64,000 nucleotides of DNA from Eledone cirrhosa (lineage: Eukaryota), in the NCBI GenBank assembly GCA_964016885.1, contig OZ024740.1:414656001-414720000 (forward strand), read 5' to 3'. Position 1 is the stretch's first letter, and each line of letters starts with the position of its first letter. This document shows positions 11,974-25,500 of this stretch, one piece after another. Both the position numbers and the translations under genes were made by a program. The notes under the pieces are model-generated. The model was given only the letters and a program-made list of their open reading frames with translations, was not told the DNA's origin and ran no database searches.

Positions 11974-14102
11974 TCATCATCATCATCATCATCATCACCG
12001 TTTTACGTCCGTTCTTCCACGCTAGCATGGGTTAGACGGGTTGTCCTGTTGTGGGCAGTGTCTGGTCGGCTGACCATGCCTTGCTCATACAGGAACTGAT
12101 CTGGCTTGATTTCTACAGCTGGATGCCCTTCCTAACACCAACCTCATTTACAGTGAGTGCTGGGTGCTTTTTCGTGGCGCCTACACGTCCACTTTACAGT
12201 GTGGGCTGGGTGCTTTTTTGCCGTGGCACCTCCACGACCACCTTGCGGTGGGGGGGGGGGGCATATTGTTTATATGCTTCAGCATGTACCCATGGGAGGT
12301 CGGGTACCCTGTATTACTGCGTGACGCCAGAAGTCACGGTCGTGTGTCATTGACTTTGAGAGGTGTAGTTGGGTAAGGTCGGCTTTTATCACCTCATCCC
12401 AAGTCATCTTGGGTCTCCCCACTCCGCGGTTTCCATCAACTTCTAGTGCTCTGCACCTTTTTATGCAGCTGTCATCCTTCATACGCATCACATGTCCATA
12501 CCAGCGTAACCGCCTCTCCTGCACGCAGCATTTGATTCCTCTTATGCTCAGTCTCTCTCTCAATTCATTTATGCTTTGTCGTTCACGTATATTACTGTTA
12601 CACATCCATCGGAGCATACAGGCTTCGTTTCTCTCTAATCTACGTAAGTCTTCCACCTTCAGCGCCCAGGTCTCACTACCATGCAACATCGCTGTTCGGA
12701 TACACGCATCATACAGTCTGCCTTTCATTCTGAGGGAGAAGCCTTTTGCAGCTAGCAGTGGTAGTAGTTCCCTAAACTTCTTCCATCCCGTTCTTACCCT
12801 AGTTATTGTACTTTCTGAGCACCCACCTCCGTTGCTAATTCGGTCACCTAGGTAGCAGAAGCTGTCTACTGTTTCTACAGGGCCCTCCCAGAGATTGGTG
12901 GTACTTGTTTCCTGTGGCTGTTTGCTTGCTGTTTCAGCACAGCTGCTGCATGTGAATCCTACATTCTTAATTAAGCTTCCTGAGATCCCGCTACATCTCT
13001 TGTGTACCCATTGTTTGCATTTGGGGCAAAGAATGGAGTTCCTACCTACACCTTTCCTACATACTGAGCAAGGCCATTTCCCTGAGGGGATCTGGGTTCT
13101 GTTTTCTCGTCTACTTATAAGGACCTTAGTCTTTGTCATGTTGACTTTGAGGCCCCTTCTCTCTAGTCCCTGCTTCCAGGTTTGGAATTTATTCTCTAGT
13201 TCTACCATAGATTCAGCTATGAGTGCGAGGTCATCAGCATACAGGAGTTCCCATGGGCATCCGGTCTTAAACTCCTCCGTTATTGCCTGCAGGACTATGA
13301 TGAACAGGAGAGGGCTAAGAACAGAGCCCTGGTGGACCCCAACCTGTACGCTAAATTCCTCGCTATACTCATTGCCAATCCTAACTTTGCTGACTGCTCC
13401 CCTATACATGGCTTGTACCGCTTTCACAAGCCATTCATCTACTCCTAGTTTTCTAAGAGCCCACCAGATTACTGCACGTGGAACTCTGTCAAAGGCTTTC
13501 TCAAGGTCGACAAATGCCAAGTAGAGTGGCTTACTTTTAGCTAGGTACTTTTCCTGTAATTGCCTCACAAGGAAGAGCGCATCAGTGGTGCCTTTCCCTG
13601 GTACAAACCCAAATTGCATCTCGTCTATATTCACCCGGTCCCTAATCAGCTGTGCTATAACTCTTTCTGTTACTTTCATGACCTGGTCCATCAACTTTAT
13701 ACCTCTATAGTTTCCTCTATCTAGTGCATCGACTTTACCTTTGTAGCAGTTGACAATGATGCTACTGCACCAATCTTTTGGTATGGCCCCCTCTAGTATT
13801 ACCTGGTTAACGATACGTGTGGTTATAGTGTGACCTACAGACCCAGATGCCTTCAGCATCTCGGCAGCTATACCCGATGGACCGGTTGCCTTCCCTATCT
13901 TCATATCTCTGATTGCCTTACTTACTACGCTGCCGCTGACTTGTACTGCTGGTCCCTCTATAGGGTCTACGTGGGGTAGGGTCTCTTCTTCCCATGCATT
14001 CTCCTCATTTAGTAATCTATCATAATGACTCTTCCATGCATCTTTCTTCTCAGCACTTGTGAGGGCAAGCTCTACTTTATCATTCCGGATACACTTCTCT
14101 CC
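11974..14102 (-). mobile_element. 5'-truncated RTE (BovB-like) LINE, family A, (GAT)n tail
   Basis: Uninterrupted RT ORF; 3' UTR with aggaagggcatccagctgtag motif; (cat)n at 11974-11997. Confidence 0.93.
12279..14102 (-). CDS. RTE reverse transcriptase (N-terminally truncated) with internal PHD-like C4HC3 finger
   Basis: [58 protein letters not shown]; CSVC-x10-CPKC-x4-H-x2-C-x14-CSSC. Confidence 0.92.
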   Translation of the reverse strand, partial: GEKCIRNDKVELALTSAEKKDAWKSHYDRLLNEENAWEEETLPHVDPIEGPAVQVSGSVVSKAIRDMKIGKATGPSGIAAEMLKASGSVGHTITTRIVNQVILEGAIPKDWCSSIIVNCYKGKVDALDRGNYRGIKLMDQVMKVTERVIAQLIRDRVNIDEMQFGFVPGKGTTDALFLVRQLQEKYLAKSKPLYLAFVDLEKAFDRVPRAVIWWALRKLGVDEWLVKAVQAMYRGAVSKVRIGNEYSEEFSVQVGVHQGSVLSPLLFIIVLQAITEEFKTGCPWELLYADDLALIAESMVELENKFQTWKQGLERRGLKVNMTKTKVLISRRENRTQIPSGKWPCSVCRKGVGRNSILCPKCKQWVHKRCSGISGSLIKNVGFTCSSCAETASKQPQETSTTNLWEGPVETVDSFCYLGDRISNGGGCSESTITRVRTGWKKFRELLPLLAAKGFSLRMKGRLYDACIRTAMLHGSETWALKVEDLRRLERNEACMLRWMCNSNIRERQSINELRERLSIRGIKCCVQERRLRWYGHVMRMKDDSCIKRCRALEVDGNRGVGRPKMTWDEVIKADLTQLHLSKSMTHDRDFWRHAVIQGTRPPMGTC

Positions 14103-14648
14103 ATAGATATATACATATATATAGATATATACATATATATAGATATATACATATATATAGATATATACATATATATAGATATATACATATATATAGATAT
14201 ATACATATATACAGATATATACATATATACATATACATATATATACATATATATATACATATATATATATATACATATATATATACATATATATACATAT
14301 ATATACATATATATATACATATACATATATATATACATATATATATATATATACATATATATATACATATATATATATATACATATATATATACATATAT
14401 ATAGATATATACATATATATACATATACATATATATACATATACATATATATACATATATATAGATATATACATATATATACATATATATACATATATAC
14501 ATATATATACATATATATATATATATACATATATATAGATATATACATATATATACATATATACATATATATACATATATACATATATATAGATATATAC
14601 ATATATATACATATATATACATATATATATATATACATATATATACAT
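14103..14648. repeat. (TA)n-derived microsatellite with 18-bp atagatatatacatatat units
   Basis: Directly visible. Confidence 0.97.
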
Positions 14649-16711
14649 ATCAATAGAGGGACCAGCAGTATAATAAGTAAGGCAATCAAGGATATGAAGA
14701 CGGGTAAGTCGGCTGGGCCTTCGGAAATAGTTGCTGAGATGCTGAAGGCATCTGGCACGGTGGGACACACCATGGTCACCCGCATAGTTAACCAAGTCGT
14801 ACAGAATGGGGTTGTTCCGAAGGACTGGCATAGCAGCATCATCGTTAACTGTTATAAGGGTAAAGGAGACGCCCTAGATAGGAGTAACTATAGAGGCATT
14901 AAATTAATCGACCAGGTCATGAAGGTCACGGAAAAAGTAATAGCACAACTAATCAGAGAGAGAATTGACCTAGATGAAATGCAGTTCGGGTTTGTGTCAG
15001 GCAAAAGTACCACAGACGCTCTTTTCATTGTACGACAACTACAGGAGAAGTACCTAGCTAAAGGTAAACCCCTCTACTTAGCTTTTGTCGACTTGGAGAA
15101 AGCCTTCGACAGAGTCCCCCGCTCCATTATCTGGTGGGCTCTTAGAAAACTAGGCGTTGACGAATGGCTTGTGAGAGCTATACAAGCCATGTATAAAGAA
15201 ACAGTCAGCAAGGTTAGAATTAACAACGAATATAGTGAAGAGTTTAGCGTAAAAGTTGGTGTCCATCAGGGCTCTGTTCTCAGCCCCCTACTATTTATTA
15301 TTGCCCTTCAGGCTATAACAGAGGAGTTCAAGACCGGCTGCCCATGGGAACTCCTATACGCAGACGACCTGACACTCATAGCGGAATCAATGGCCGAGCT
15401 AGAGAAGAAATTACAAACATGGAAGCACGGCCTAGAATCAAAAGGCCTTAAAATTAACCTGGCTAAGACTAAAGTTCTAGTTTGTAGGAAAGAAAATAAG
15501 GCGGCGGTCCTTTCTGGGAAATGGTCGTGCTCGGTGTGTAGGAAAGGCGTAGGTAGAAACTCCATTTTATGTCCTAAATGCAAAGTATGGGTGCATAAAA
15601 GATGTAGTGGGATCACAGGTAAGCTGACTAAGAACATAGATTTTACATGTGGCCGGTGCTCTGGTGCAATAAGTAGCAGCAAGTGCCCACAAATACTAGC
15701 TCTTTCAATTGCGCAGAGGGTTCTATAGAAATAGTGGACAGTTTCCGTTACCTGGGTGATAAAATCAGCAGTGGGGGAGGGTGCTCTGAAAGTACAGTAG
15801 CTAGAGTCAGAACTGGTTGGAAAAAGTTCAGAGAGCTTATACCACTATTAGCTGCTAAAGGGTTCTCCCTAAAAATGAAAGGCAGGTTGTACGATGCCTG
15901 CATACGAACAGCAATGTTGCATGGCAGTGAGACCTGGGCATTGTGTGCAGAGGATATACGCAGACTAGAGAGGAACGAAGCTTGCATGCTCCGCTGGATG
16001 TGTAACAGTAATATACGTGAACGGCAAAGCATAAATGAACTAAGGAAAAAATTAGAAATAAGAGGGATCAGATGTTGTTTACTCGAGAGAAGGCTACGTT
16101 GGTATGGACACGTGATGCGCATGAAAGTCGATAGCTGTATAACAAAGTGCAGGGCAATAAAGATAGACGGTAGCCACGGAATAGGCAGACCTAGAAAAAC
16201 CTGGGACGAGCTGATAAACTCCGACCTCACACACTTACACCTCTCCAAGACAATGTCACTGGACCGAGACCTTTGGCGGTACTCAGTAACAGAGAAGACC
16301 TGCCTTACCTAAATACATAGTAAAACCTACTACAGCCAGTAGGCATCTAACAAAATACCCCCCCCCCCCGTCCCACCACCCCCAACCCATCCACACCACC
16401 CCGTTCTATGTAAAGTTGTGTTGGTGCCACACCATCCAGGCCGAAACAAATGAGATCGTGTAGGTGTCACGACAAAAAAACAAACAGTCCACGCTGTAAT
16501 GTGGCCGTGTAGGCAACACGGTAAAAACCTCCCAGACCCTCACTGTAAATGTGGTTGGTGTTAGGAAGGGCATCCAACTGTAGAAAACCTGCCAGACAGT
16601 CCTATGCGAGCAAGACAATCACTCTTGCCTCAAGTGGGACTACCCCCGTCCAAACCCATGCAAGCGTGGAACACGGACGTTAAACGGTGATGATGATGAT
16701 GATGATGATGA
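14649..16711 (+). mobile_element. 5'-truncated RTE LINE, family B; RT with one frameshift near 15683-15728; (GAT)n tail
   Basis: ORFs 14649-15728 and 15683-16312 together give an RTE RT (YADD, PHD-like finger, HGSETW); tail at 16688-16711. Confidence 0.92.
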
Positions 16712-16870
16712 TATACAAATATATATATATATACATATATATACATATATATACAAATATATATATATATATACATATATATACAAATATATATATATAT
16801 TTATATATATACATATATATATATATACATATATATACAAATATATATATATATATATATACATATATAT

Positions 16871-16907
<37 letters not shown>

Positions 16908-17024
16908 TATACAAATATATATATACATATATATATATACATATATATACAAATATATATATACATATATATACAAATATATATATACATATATATATAC
17001 ATATATATACAAATATATATATAC

Positions 17025-17055
<31 letters not shown>

Positions 17056-17199
17056 CATATATATATACATATATATATACATATATATATACATATATAT
17101 ACATATATACATATATATACATATATACATATATATATATACATATATACATATACATATATATATACATATATATACAAATATATATACATATATACA
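16712..17199. repeat. (TA)n microsatellite with TACAAA variants
   Basis: Directly visible. Confidence 0.97.
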
Positions 17200-17381
17200 T
17201 GGGAGCCGCTACATGGACACACTAGAAGAGGAAGACCAAGGTTAACGTATGTTGATGCCCTAAGGACAGACACTGGTCTGTTGGAGATGCAGGACATGGC
17301 AGCGATAATGAGGGACAGAGACCGCTGGAGAGAACTCGTCCATGGATCTCGGGAATTTTACCCGCCTTAGATAGATAGATA
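17200..17381 (+). mobile_element. Extreme 3' fragment of a third RTE-type LINE with (TAGA)n tail
   Basis: [21 protein letters not shown]...[11 protein letters not shown], a typical RTE C-terminus; tagatagatagat follows the stop. Confidence 0.7.
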
Positions 17382-17426
17382 TACATATATACATATACAT
17401 ATATATATACATATATATATACAAAA

Positions 17427-17457
<31 letters not shown>

Positions 17458-17499
17458 TTCATATCCATATATATATGGATTCCAAGCGTGCGCGAGAAA

Positions 17500-18319
17500 A
17501 GAATATGTAGGATTCACATGCAGCAGCTGTGCTGAGACAGCAAGCAGCAAACAGCCACAGGAAACAAGTACCACCAATCTCGGGGAGGACCCTGTAGAAA
17601 CAGTAGACAGTTTCTGCTACCTAGGTGACCGAATTAGCAATGGAGGTGGAAGACTTACGTAGATTAGAGAGAAACAAAGCCTGCATGCTCCGGTGGATGT
17701 GTAACAGTAATATACGTGAACGACAAAGCATAAATGAATTGAGAGAGAGACTGAGCATAAGAGGAATCAAATGCTGTGTGCAGGAGAGGCGGCTGCGCTG
17801 GTATCGACATGTGATGCGTATGAAGGATGACAGCTGCATAAAAAGGTGCAGAGCACTAGAAGTTGATGGAAACCGCGGAGTGGGGAGACCCAAGATGACC
17901 TGGGATGAGGTGATAAAAGCCGACCTTACCCAATTACACCTCTCAAAGACAATGACACACGACCGTGACTTCTGGCGTCACGCAGTAATACATAGTACCC
18001 GACCTCCCATGGGTACAAGCTGAAGCATATAGACAATATGCTCCCACACCCCCCACCGCAAGGTGGTCGTGGAGGTGCCACGGCAAAAAAGCACCCAGCC
18101 CACTCTGTAAAGTGGACGTGTAGGCGCCACGAAAAAGCACCCAGCACTCACTGTAAATGAGGTTGGTGTTAGGAAGGGCATCCAGCTGTAGAAATCAAGC
18201 CAAATCAGTTCCTGTATGAGCAAGGCATGGTCAGCCGACCAGACACTGCCCACAACAGGACAACCCGTCTAACCCATGCTAGCGTGGAAGAACGGACGTA
18301 AAACGGTGATGATGATGAT
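17500..18319 (+). mobile_element. 3' fragment of RTE family A with an internal ~170-bp deletion
   Basis: Near-identical to the reverse complement of 11974-12965; deletion junction at ~17644 (aggtgg microhomology). Confidence 0.9.
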
Positions 18320-18668
18320 GGAGGCACATGGCTTAGTGGTTATAGCATTGGCCTTGCAATCTAAAGGTTGTGAGTTCAATCCTCAGACCGGGTGATGTGT
18401 TGTTTCCTTGAGCAAGACACTTTATTTCACATTGTTCCAGTTTACTCAGCTGTAGTAAAAATGAGATGATAGGGACTGGGATCCATATCATTCCCCTGCA
18501 AAGTGGTTGTGGAGGTGCCACGGCAAAAAAACACCCAGCACTCACTGTAAATGAGGTTGGTGTTAGGAAGGGCATCCAGCTGTAGAAATCAAGCCAAAAT
18601 CAGTTCCAGTCCCACCCTTGCAAGCAGGGAAAAAGCTGACGTAAAAAATGAAATGAAATGAAATGAAT
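18320..18668 (+). mobile_element. tRNA-derived SINE with CORE-like body and RTE-derived 3' end, (GAAAT)n tail
   Basis: A box tggcttagtgg, B box gagttcaatcc; ccttgagcaagacactt; 3' end shared with RTE-A UTR; second copy at 52460-52798. Confidence 0.85.
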
Positions 18669-18823
18669 ATATATACATATATATATAAGTAGAAGTTGTA
18701 TTTAATTTGTTGGAAGTCCGACAAACATAAATGTTTATAACTGATTCAGAGCACTCCACATATTACTGGAGTAAATATTCAATGATATTAAATAAATGGA
18801 AACTATATTTATAAAACCATATT

Positions 18824-18888
18824 TATTTTATTATATATATTTCAAGGGCTACCAAGCAAACCTTGGTGCGCTTTCATCAGATAAAATA
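18824..18888 (-). ncRNA. Type I hammerhead ribozyme (canonical core)
   Basis: tattttat CTGATGA aagcgcaccaag-gtttg-cttggtagccctt GAAA t-atat-at a ataaaata. Confidence 0.8.
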
Positions 18889-19003
18889 CAAAGTTTGTTT
18901 TATAAATAGAGACGTACCCATGAAGATCATACCTTATCGGTGAATTTCCAACCGATAAGGTATGATTTTCATGGGTACGTCTCTATATATAAAACAAACT
19001 TTG

Positions 19004-19068
19004 TATTTTATCTGATGAAAGCGCATCAAGGTTTGCTTGGTTGCCCTTGAAATATATATAATAAAATA
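19004..19068 (+). ncRNA. Type I hammerhead ribozyme (canonical core)
   Basis: 8-bp stem I tattttat/ataaaata; CTGATGA at 19012-19018; long stem II; GAAA at 19049-19052; palindromic AU stem III; AUA cleavage triplet. Confidence 0.8.
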
Positions 19069-19587
19069 AATATGGTTTTATAAATATATTTTCCATTTAT
19101 TTAATATCATTGTGTATACATATCTACATATCATCATCATCATTTTACGTCCGCTTTTCCCTAAAATGATGATGATGATGATGATGATATTTATTTATAT
19201 ATAATATATATATATATATATCATGAATAAACACATACACAAGAATATCACTAATAATATCAATAATAATAAAAACATAATAATAATAGCAATAACCATA
19301 AAAAGAAGGCAATGACAAACTCGTTCATGTTCATTGAACGAGATTTTATTGCCTTGTTGGGCAGCAATGTGTTAGATGAAATCTCTTTGCATCCTTTAAT
19401 ATTTACTCAAGCTAATGTTTTAGTTATCTTTTGCTATTAGGCTTACCCACCTTTTTTTGTTTGTATGCATTAAGTTAAGATGTTTGGTAATGGATAAAGC
19501 TGCAATGGCTGGCTTTGAAATTAATCTCACAGAGGAAAGGAACTAAAATTTTAAAATATATAAAGAAAACAAATATCCTTGTCCAAT

Positions 19588-22500
19588 CATCACCACCACC
19601 AGCATGACCACAACAATGACAATGGCATCCACCACTAACAAGACCATCACCAACACCACCAATATCAGCTCCAACAACACCATCACAACCGCTGTTACCA
19701 CCACCACCACCACCACTCATATCAACCACCAACAACAACACCATCACAACCACTGTTACCACCACCACCACCACCACAACTAATATCAACCACCAACAAC
19801 AATACTGTCACAACCACTGTTATCACCACCACCACCACCACCACAACTAATATCAACCACCAACAACAACACCATCACAACCACTGTTACCACCACCACC
19901 ACCACCACAACTAATATCAACCACCAACAACAACACCGTCACAACCACTGTTATCACCACCACCACCACAACTAATATCAACCACCAACAACAACACCGT
20001 CACAACCACTGTTACCACCACCACCACAACTCATATCAACCACCAACAACACCGTCACAACCACTGTTACCACCACCACCACCACCACCACAACTCATAT
20101 CAACCACCAACAACACCGTCACAACCACTGTTACCACCACCACTCATATCAACCACCAACAACAACATCGTCACAACCACTGTTACCACCACCACAACTC
20201 ATATCAACCACCAACAACACCGTCACAACCACTGTTACCACCACCACCACCACTCATATCAACCACCAACAACAACACCGTCACAACCACTGTTACCACC
20301 ACCACCACCACAACTCATATCAACCACCAACAACACCGTCACAACCACTGTTACCACCACCACCACCACTCATATGAACCACCAACAACAACACCGTCAC
20401 AACCACTGTTACCACCACCACCACCACTAATATCAACCACCAACAACACCATCACAACCACTGTTACCACCACCACCACCAATATCAACCACCAACAACA
20501 CCATCACAACCACTGTTACCACCACCACCACCACCACCACTAATATCAACCACCAACAACACCGTCACAACCACTGTTATCACCACCACCACCACCACCA
20601 CTAATAACAACCACCAACAACACCGTCACAACCACTGTTACCACCACCACCACCACCACCACTAATATCAACCACCAACAACACCATCACAACCACTGTT
20701 ACCACCACCACCACCACCACCACTAATATCAACCACCAACAACACCATCACAACCACTGTTACCACCACCACCACCACCACCACCACTAATATCAACCAC
20801 CAACAACACCGTCACAACCACTGTTACCACCACCACCACCACCACCACTAATATCAACCACCAACAACACCGTCACAACCACTGTTACCACCACCACCAC
20901 CACCACCACTAATATCAACCACCAACAACACCATCACAACCACTGTTACCACCACCACCACCACCACCACTAATATCAACCACCAACAACACCGTCACAA
21001 CCACTGTTACCACCACCACCACCACCACTAATATCAACCACCAACAACACCGTCACAACCACTGTTACCACCACCACCACCACCACAACTAATATCAACC
21101 ACCAACAACACCATCACAACCACTGTTACCACCACCACCACCACCACCACTAATATCAACCACCAACAACAACACCGTCACAACCACTGTTACCACCACC
21201 ACCACCACCACCACTCATATCAACCACCAACAACACCATCACAACCACTGTTACCACCACCACCACCACCACCACCACCACCACCACCAACACTAATATC
21301 AACCACCAACAACACCATCACAACCACTGTTACCACCACCACCACCACCACCACTAATATCAACCACCAACAACACCGTCACAACCACTGTTACCACCAC
21401 CACCACCACCACCACCACCACCACTAATATCAACCACCAACAACACCATCACAACCACTGTTACCACCACCACCACCACCACCACCACCACCACTAATAT
21501 CAACCACCAACAACACCATCACAACCACTGTTACCACCACCACCACCACCACCACCACCACTAATATCAACCACCAACAACACCGTCACAACCACTGTTA
21601 TCACCACCACCACCACCACCACCACCACTAATATCAACCACCAACAACAACACCGTCACAACCACTGTTACCACCACCACCACCACAACTCATATCAACC
21701 ACCAACAACACCGTCACAACCACTGTTACCACCACCACCACCACCAACACTAATATCAACCACCAACAACACCATCACAACCACTGTTACCACCACCACC
21801 ACCACCACCACCACTAATATCAACCACCAACAACACCGTCACAACCACTGTTACCACCACCACGACCACCACCACTAATATCAACCACCAACAACACCGT
21901 CACAACCAGTTACCACCACCACCACCACCACCACCACCACTAATATCAACCACCAACAACACCGTCACAACCACTGTTACCACCACCACCACCACCACAA
22001 CTAATATCAACCACCAACAACACCATCACAACCACTGTTACCACCACCACCACCACCACCACTAATATCAACCACCAACAACAACACCGTCACAACCACT
22101 GTTACCACCACCACCACCACCACCACTCATATCAACCACCAACAACACCATCACAACCACTGTTACCACCACCACCACCACCACCACCACCACCACCACC
22201 AACACTAATATCAACCACCAACAACACCATCACAACCACTGTTACCACCACCACCACCACCACCACTAATATCAACAACCAACAACACCGTCACAACCAC
22301 TGTTACCACCACCACCACCACCACCACCACCACCACTAATATCAACCACCAACAACACCATCACAACCACTGTTACCACCACCACCACCACCACCACCAC
22401 CACCACTAATATCAACCACCAACAACACCATCACAACCACTGTTACCACCACCACCACCACCACCACCACTAATATCAACCACCAACAACACCGTCACAA

Positions 22501-25500
22501 CCACTGTTATCACCACCACCACCACCACCACCACTAATATCAACCACCAACAACACCGTCACAACCACTGTTACCACCACCACCACCACAACTCATATCA
22601 ACCACCAACAACACCGTCACAACCACTGTTACCACCACCACCACCACCACCACTAATATCAACCACCAACAACACCATCACAACCACTGTTACCACCACC
22701 ACCACCACCACCACCACTAATATCAACCACCAACAACACCGTCACAACCACTGTTACCACCACCACCACCACCACCACTAATATCAACCACCAACAACAC
22801 CGTCACAACCACTGTTACCACCACCACCACCACCACCACCACCACTAATATCAACCACCAACAACACCGTCACAACCACTGTTACCACCACCACCACCAC
22901 CACCACCACCACTAATATCAACCACCAACAACACCGTCACAACCACTGTTACCACCACCACCACCACCACAACTAATATCAACCACCAACAACACCATCA
23001 CAACCACTGTTACCACCACCACCACCACCACCACTAATATCAACCACCAACAACAACACCGTCACAACCACTGTTACCACCACCACCACCACCACCACTC
23101 ATATCAACCACCAACAACACCATCACAACCACTGTTACCACCACCACCACCACCACCACCACCACCAACACTAATATCAACCACCAACAACACCATCACA
23201 ACCACTGTTACCACCACCACCACCACCACCACTAATATCAACCACCAACAACACCGTCACAACCACTGTTACCACCACCACCACCACCACCACCACCACC
23301 ACCACCACTAATATCAACCACCAACAACACCATCACAACCACTGTTACCACCACCACCACCACCACCACCACTAATATCAACCACCAACAACACCATCAC
23401 AACCACTGTTACCACCACCACCACCACCACCACCACTAATATCAACCACCAACAACACCGTCACAACCACTGTTATCACCACCACCACCACCACCACCAC
23501 TAATATCAACCACCAACAACAACACCGTCACAACCACTGTTACCACCACCACCACCACAACTCATATCAACCACCAACAACACCGTCACAACCACTGTTA
23601 CCACCACCACCACCACCAACACTAATATCAACCACCAACAACACCATCACAACCACTGTTACCACCACCACCACCACCACTAATATCAACCACCAACAAC
23701 ACCGTCACAACCACTGTTACCACCACCACGACCACCACCACTAATATCAACCACCAACAACACCGTCACAACCACTGTTACCACCACCACCACCACCACC
23801 ACCACTAATATCAACCACCAACAACACCGTCACAACCACTGTTACCACCACCACCACCACCACCACTAATATCAACCACCAACAACACCATCACAACCAC
23901 TGTTACCACCACCACCACCAATATCAACCACCAACAACACCATCACAACCACTGTTACCACCACCACCACCACCACCACTAATATCAACCACCAACAACA
24001 CCATCACAACCACTGTTACCACCACCACCACCACCACCACTAATATCAACCACCAACAACACCGTCACAACCACTGTTACCACCACCACCACCACTAATA
24101 TCAACCACCAACAACACCATCACAACCACTGTTATCACCACCACCACCACCACCACTAATATCAACCACCAACAACACCGTCACAACCACTGTTACCACC
24201 ACCACCACCACCACCACTAATATCAACCACCAACAACACCATCACAACCACTGTTAACACCACCACCACCACCACCACTAATATCAACCACCAACAACAA
24301 CACCATCACAACCACTGTTACCACCACCACCACCACCACTAATATCAACCACCAACAACAACACCGTCACAACCACTGTTACCACCACCACCACCACTAA
24401 TATCAACCACCAACAACAACACCGTCACAAACACCACCCCCACCACCACCACCACAACTAATATCAACCACCAACAACACCATCACAACCACTGTTACCA
24501 CCACCACCACCACCACCACTAATATCAACCACCAACAACACCATCACAACCACTGTTACCACCACCACCACCACCACCACAACTAATATCAACCACCAAC
24601 AACACCATCACAACCACTGTTACCACCACCACCACCACCACCACTAATATCAACAACCAACAACACCATCACAACCACTGTTACCACCACCACCACCACC
24701 ACCACAACTAATATCAACCACCAACAACACCGTCACAAACACCACCCCCACCACCACCACCACAACTAATATCAACCACCAACAACACCGTCACAACCAC
24801 CACCCCCACCACCACCACCACAACTAATATCAACCACCAACAACACCGTCACAAACACCACCCCCACCACCACCACCACAACTAATATCAACCACCAACA
24901 ACACCGTCACAACCACCACCCCCACCACCACCACCACAACTAATATCAACCACCAACAATACCATCACAACCACTGTTATCACCACTACCACCACCACCA
25001 CCACTCATATCAACCACCAACAACAACACCGTCACAACCAGTTACCACCACCACCACCACCACCACCACTCATATCAACCACCAACAACAACACCGTCAC
25101 AACCACTGTTACCACCACCACCACCACCACAACTAATATCAACCACCAACAACACCGTCACAACCACTGTTACCACCACCACCACCACCACCACTAATAT
25201 CAACCACCAACAACACCACCACCACCACCACCACCACTCATATCAACCACCACCAACAACACCGTCACAACCACTGTTACCACCACCACCACTAATATCA
25301 ACCACCAACAACACCGTCACAACCACTGTTACCACCACCACCACCACCACCACTAATATCAACCACCAACAACACCGTCACAACCACTGTTACCACCACC
25401 ACCACCACCACCACTAATATCAACCACCAACAACACCACCACCACCACCACCACCACTCATATCAACCACCACCAACAACACCGTCACAACCACTGTTAC

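Larger units (their letters stand above)
18688..19112. mobile_element. Foldback PLE remnant: inverted repeat 18780-19112 (~162-bp arms, 9-nt loop) with one HHR per strand
   Basis: Arms are reverse complements with only a few mismatches; HHR cores in both arms point outward. Confidence 0.8.

Noticed and set aside
12279-15728. 850-aa and 567-aa ORFs appearing as microsatellite-RT fusion proteins
   Set aside because: Chance read-through from the TA tract into 5'-truncated RTs; the N-termini are repeat or antisense RTE sequence
18320-18395. tRNA gene (also 52460 and 41690-41750)
   Set aside because: A and B boxes are present but the cloverleaf is not intact, and the sequence continues into a SINE body and tail
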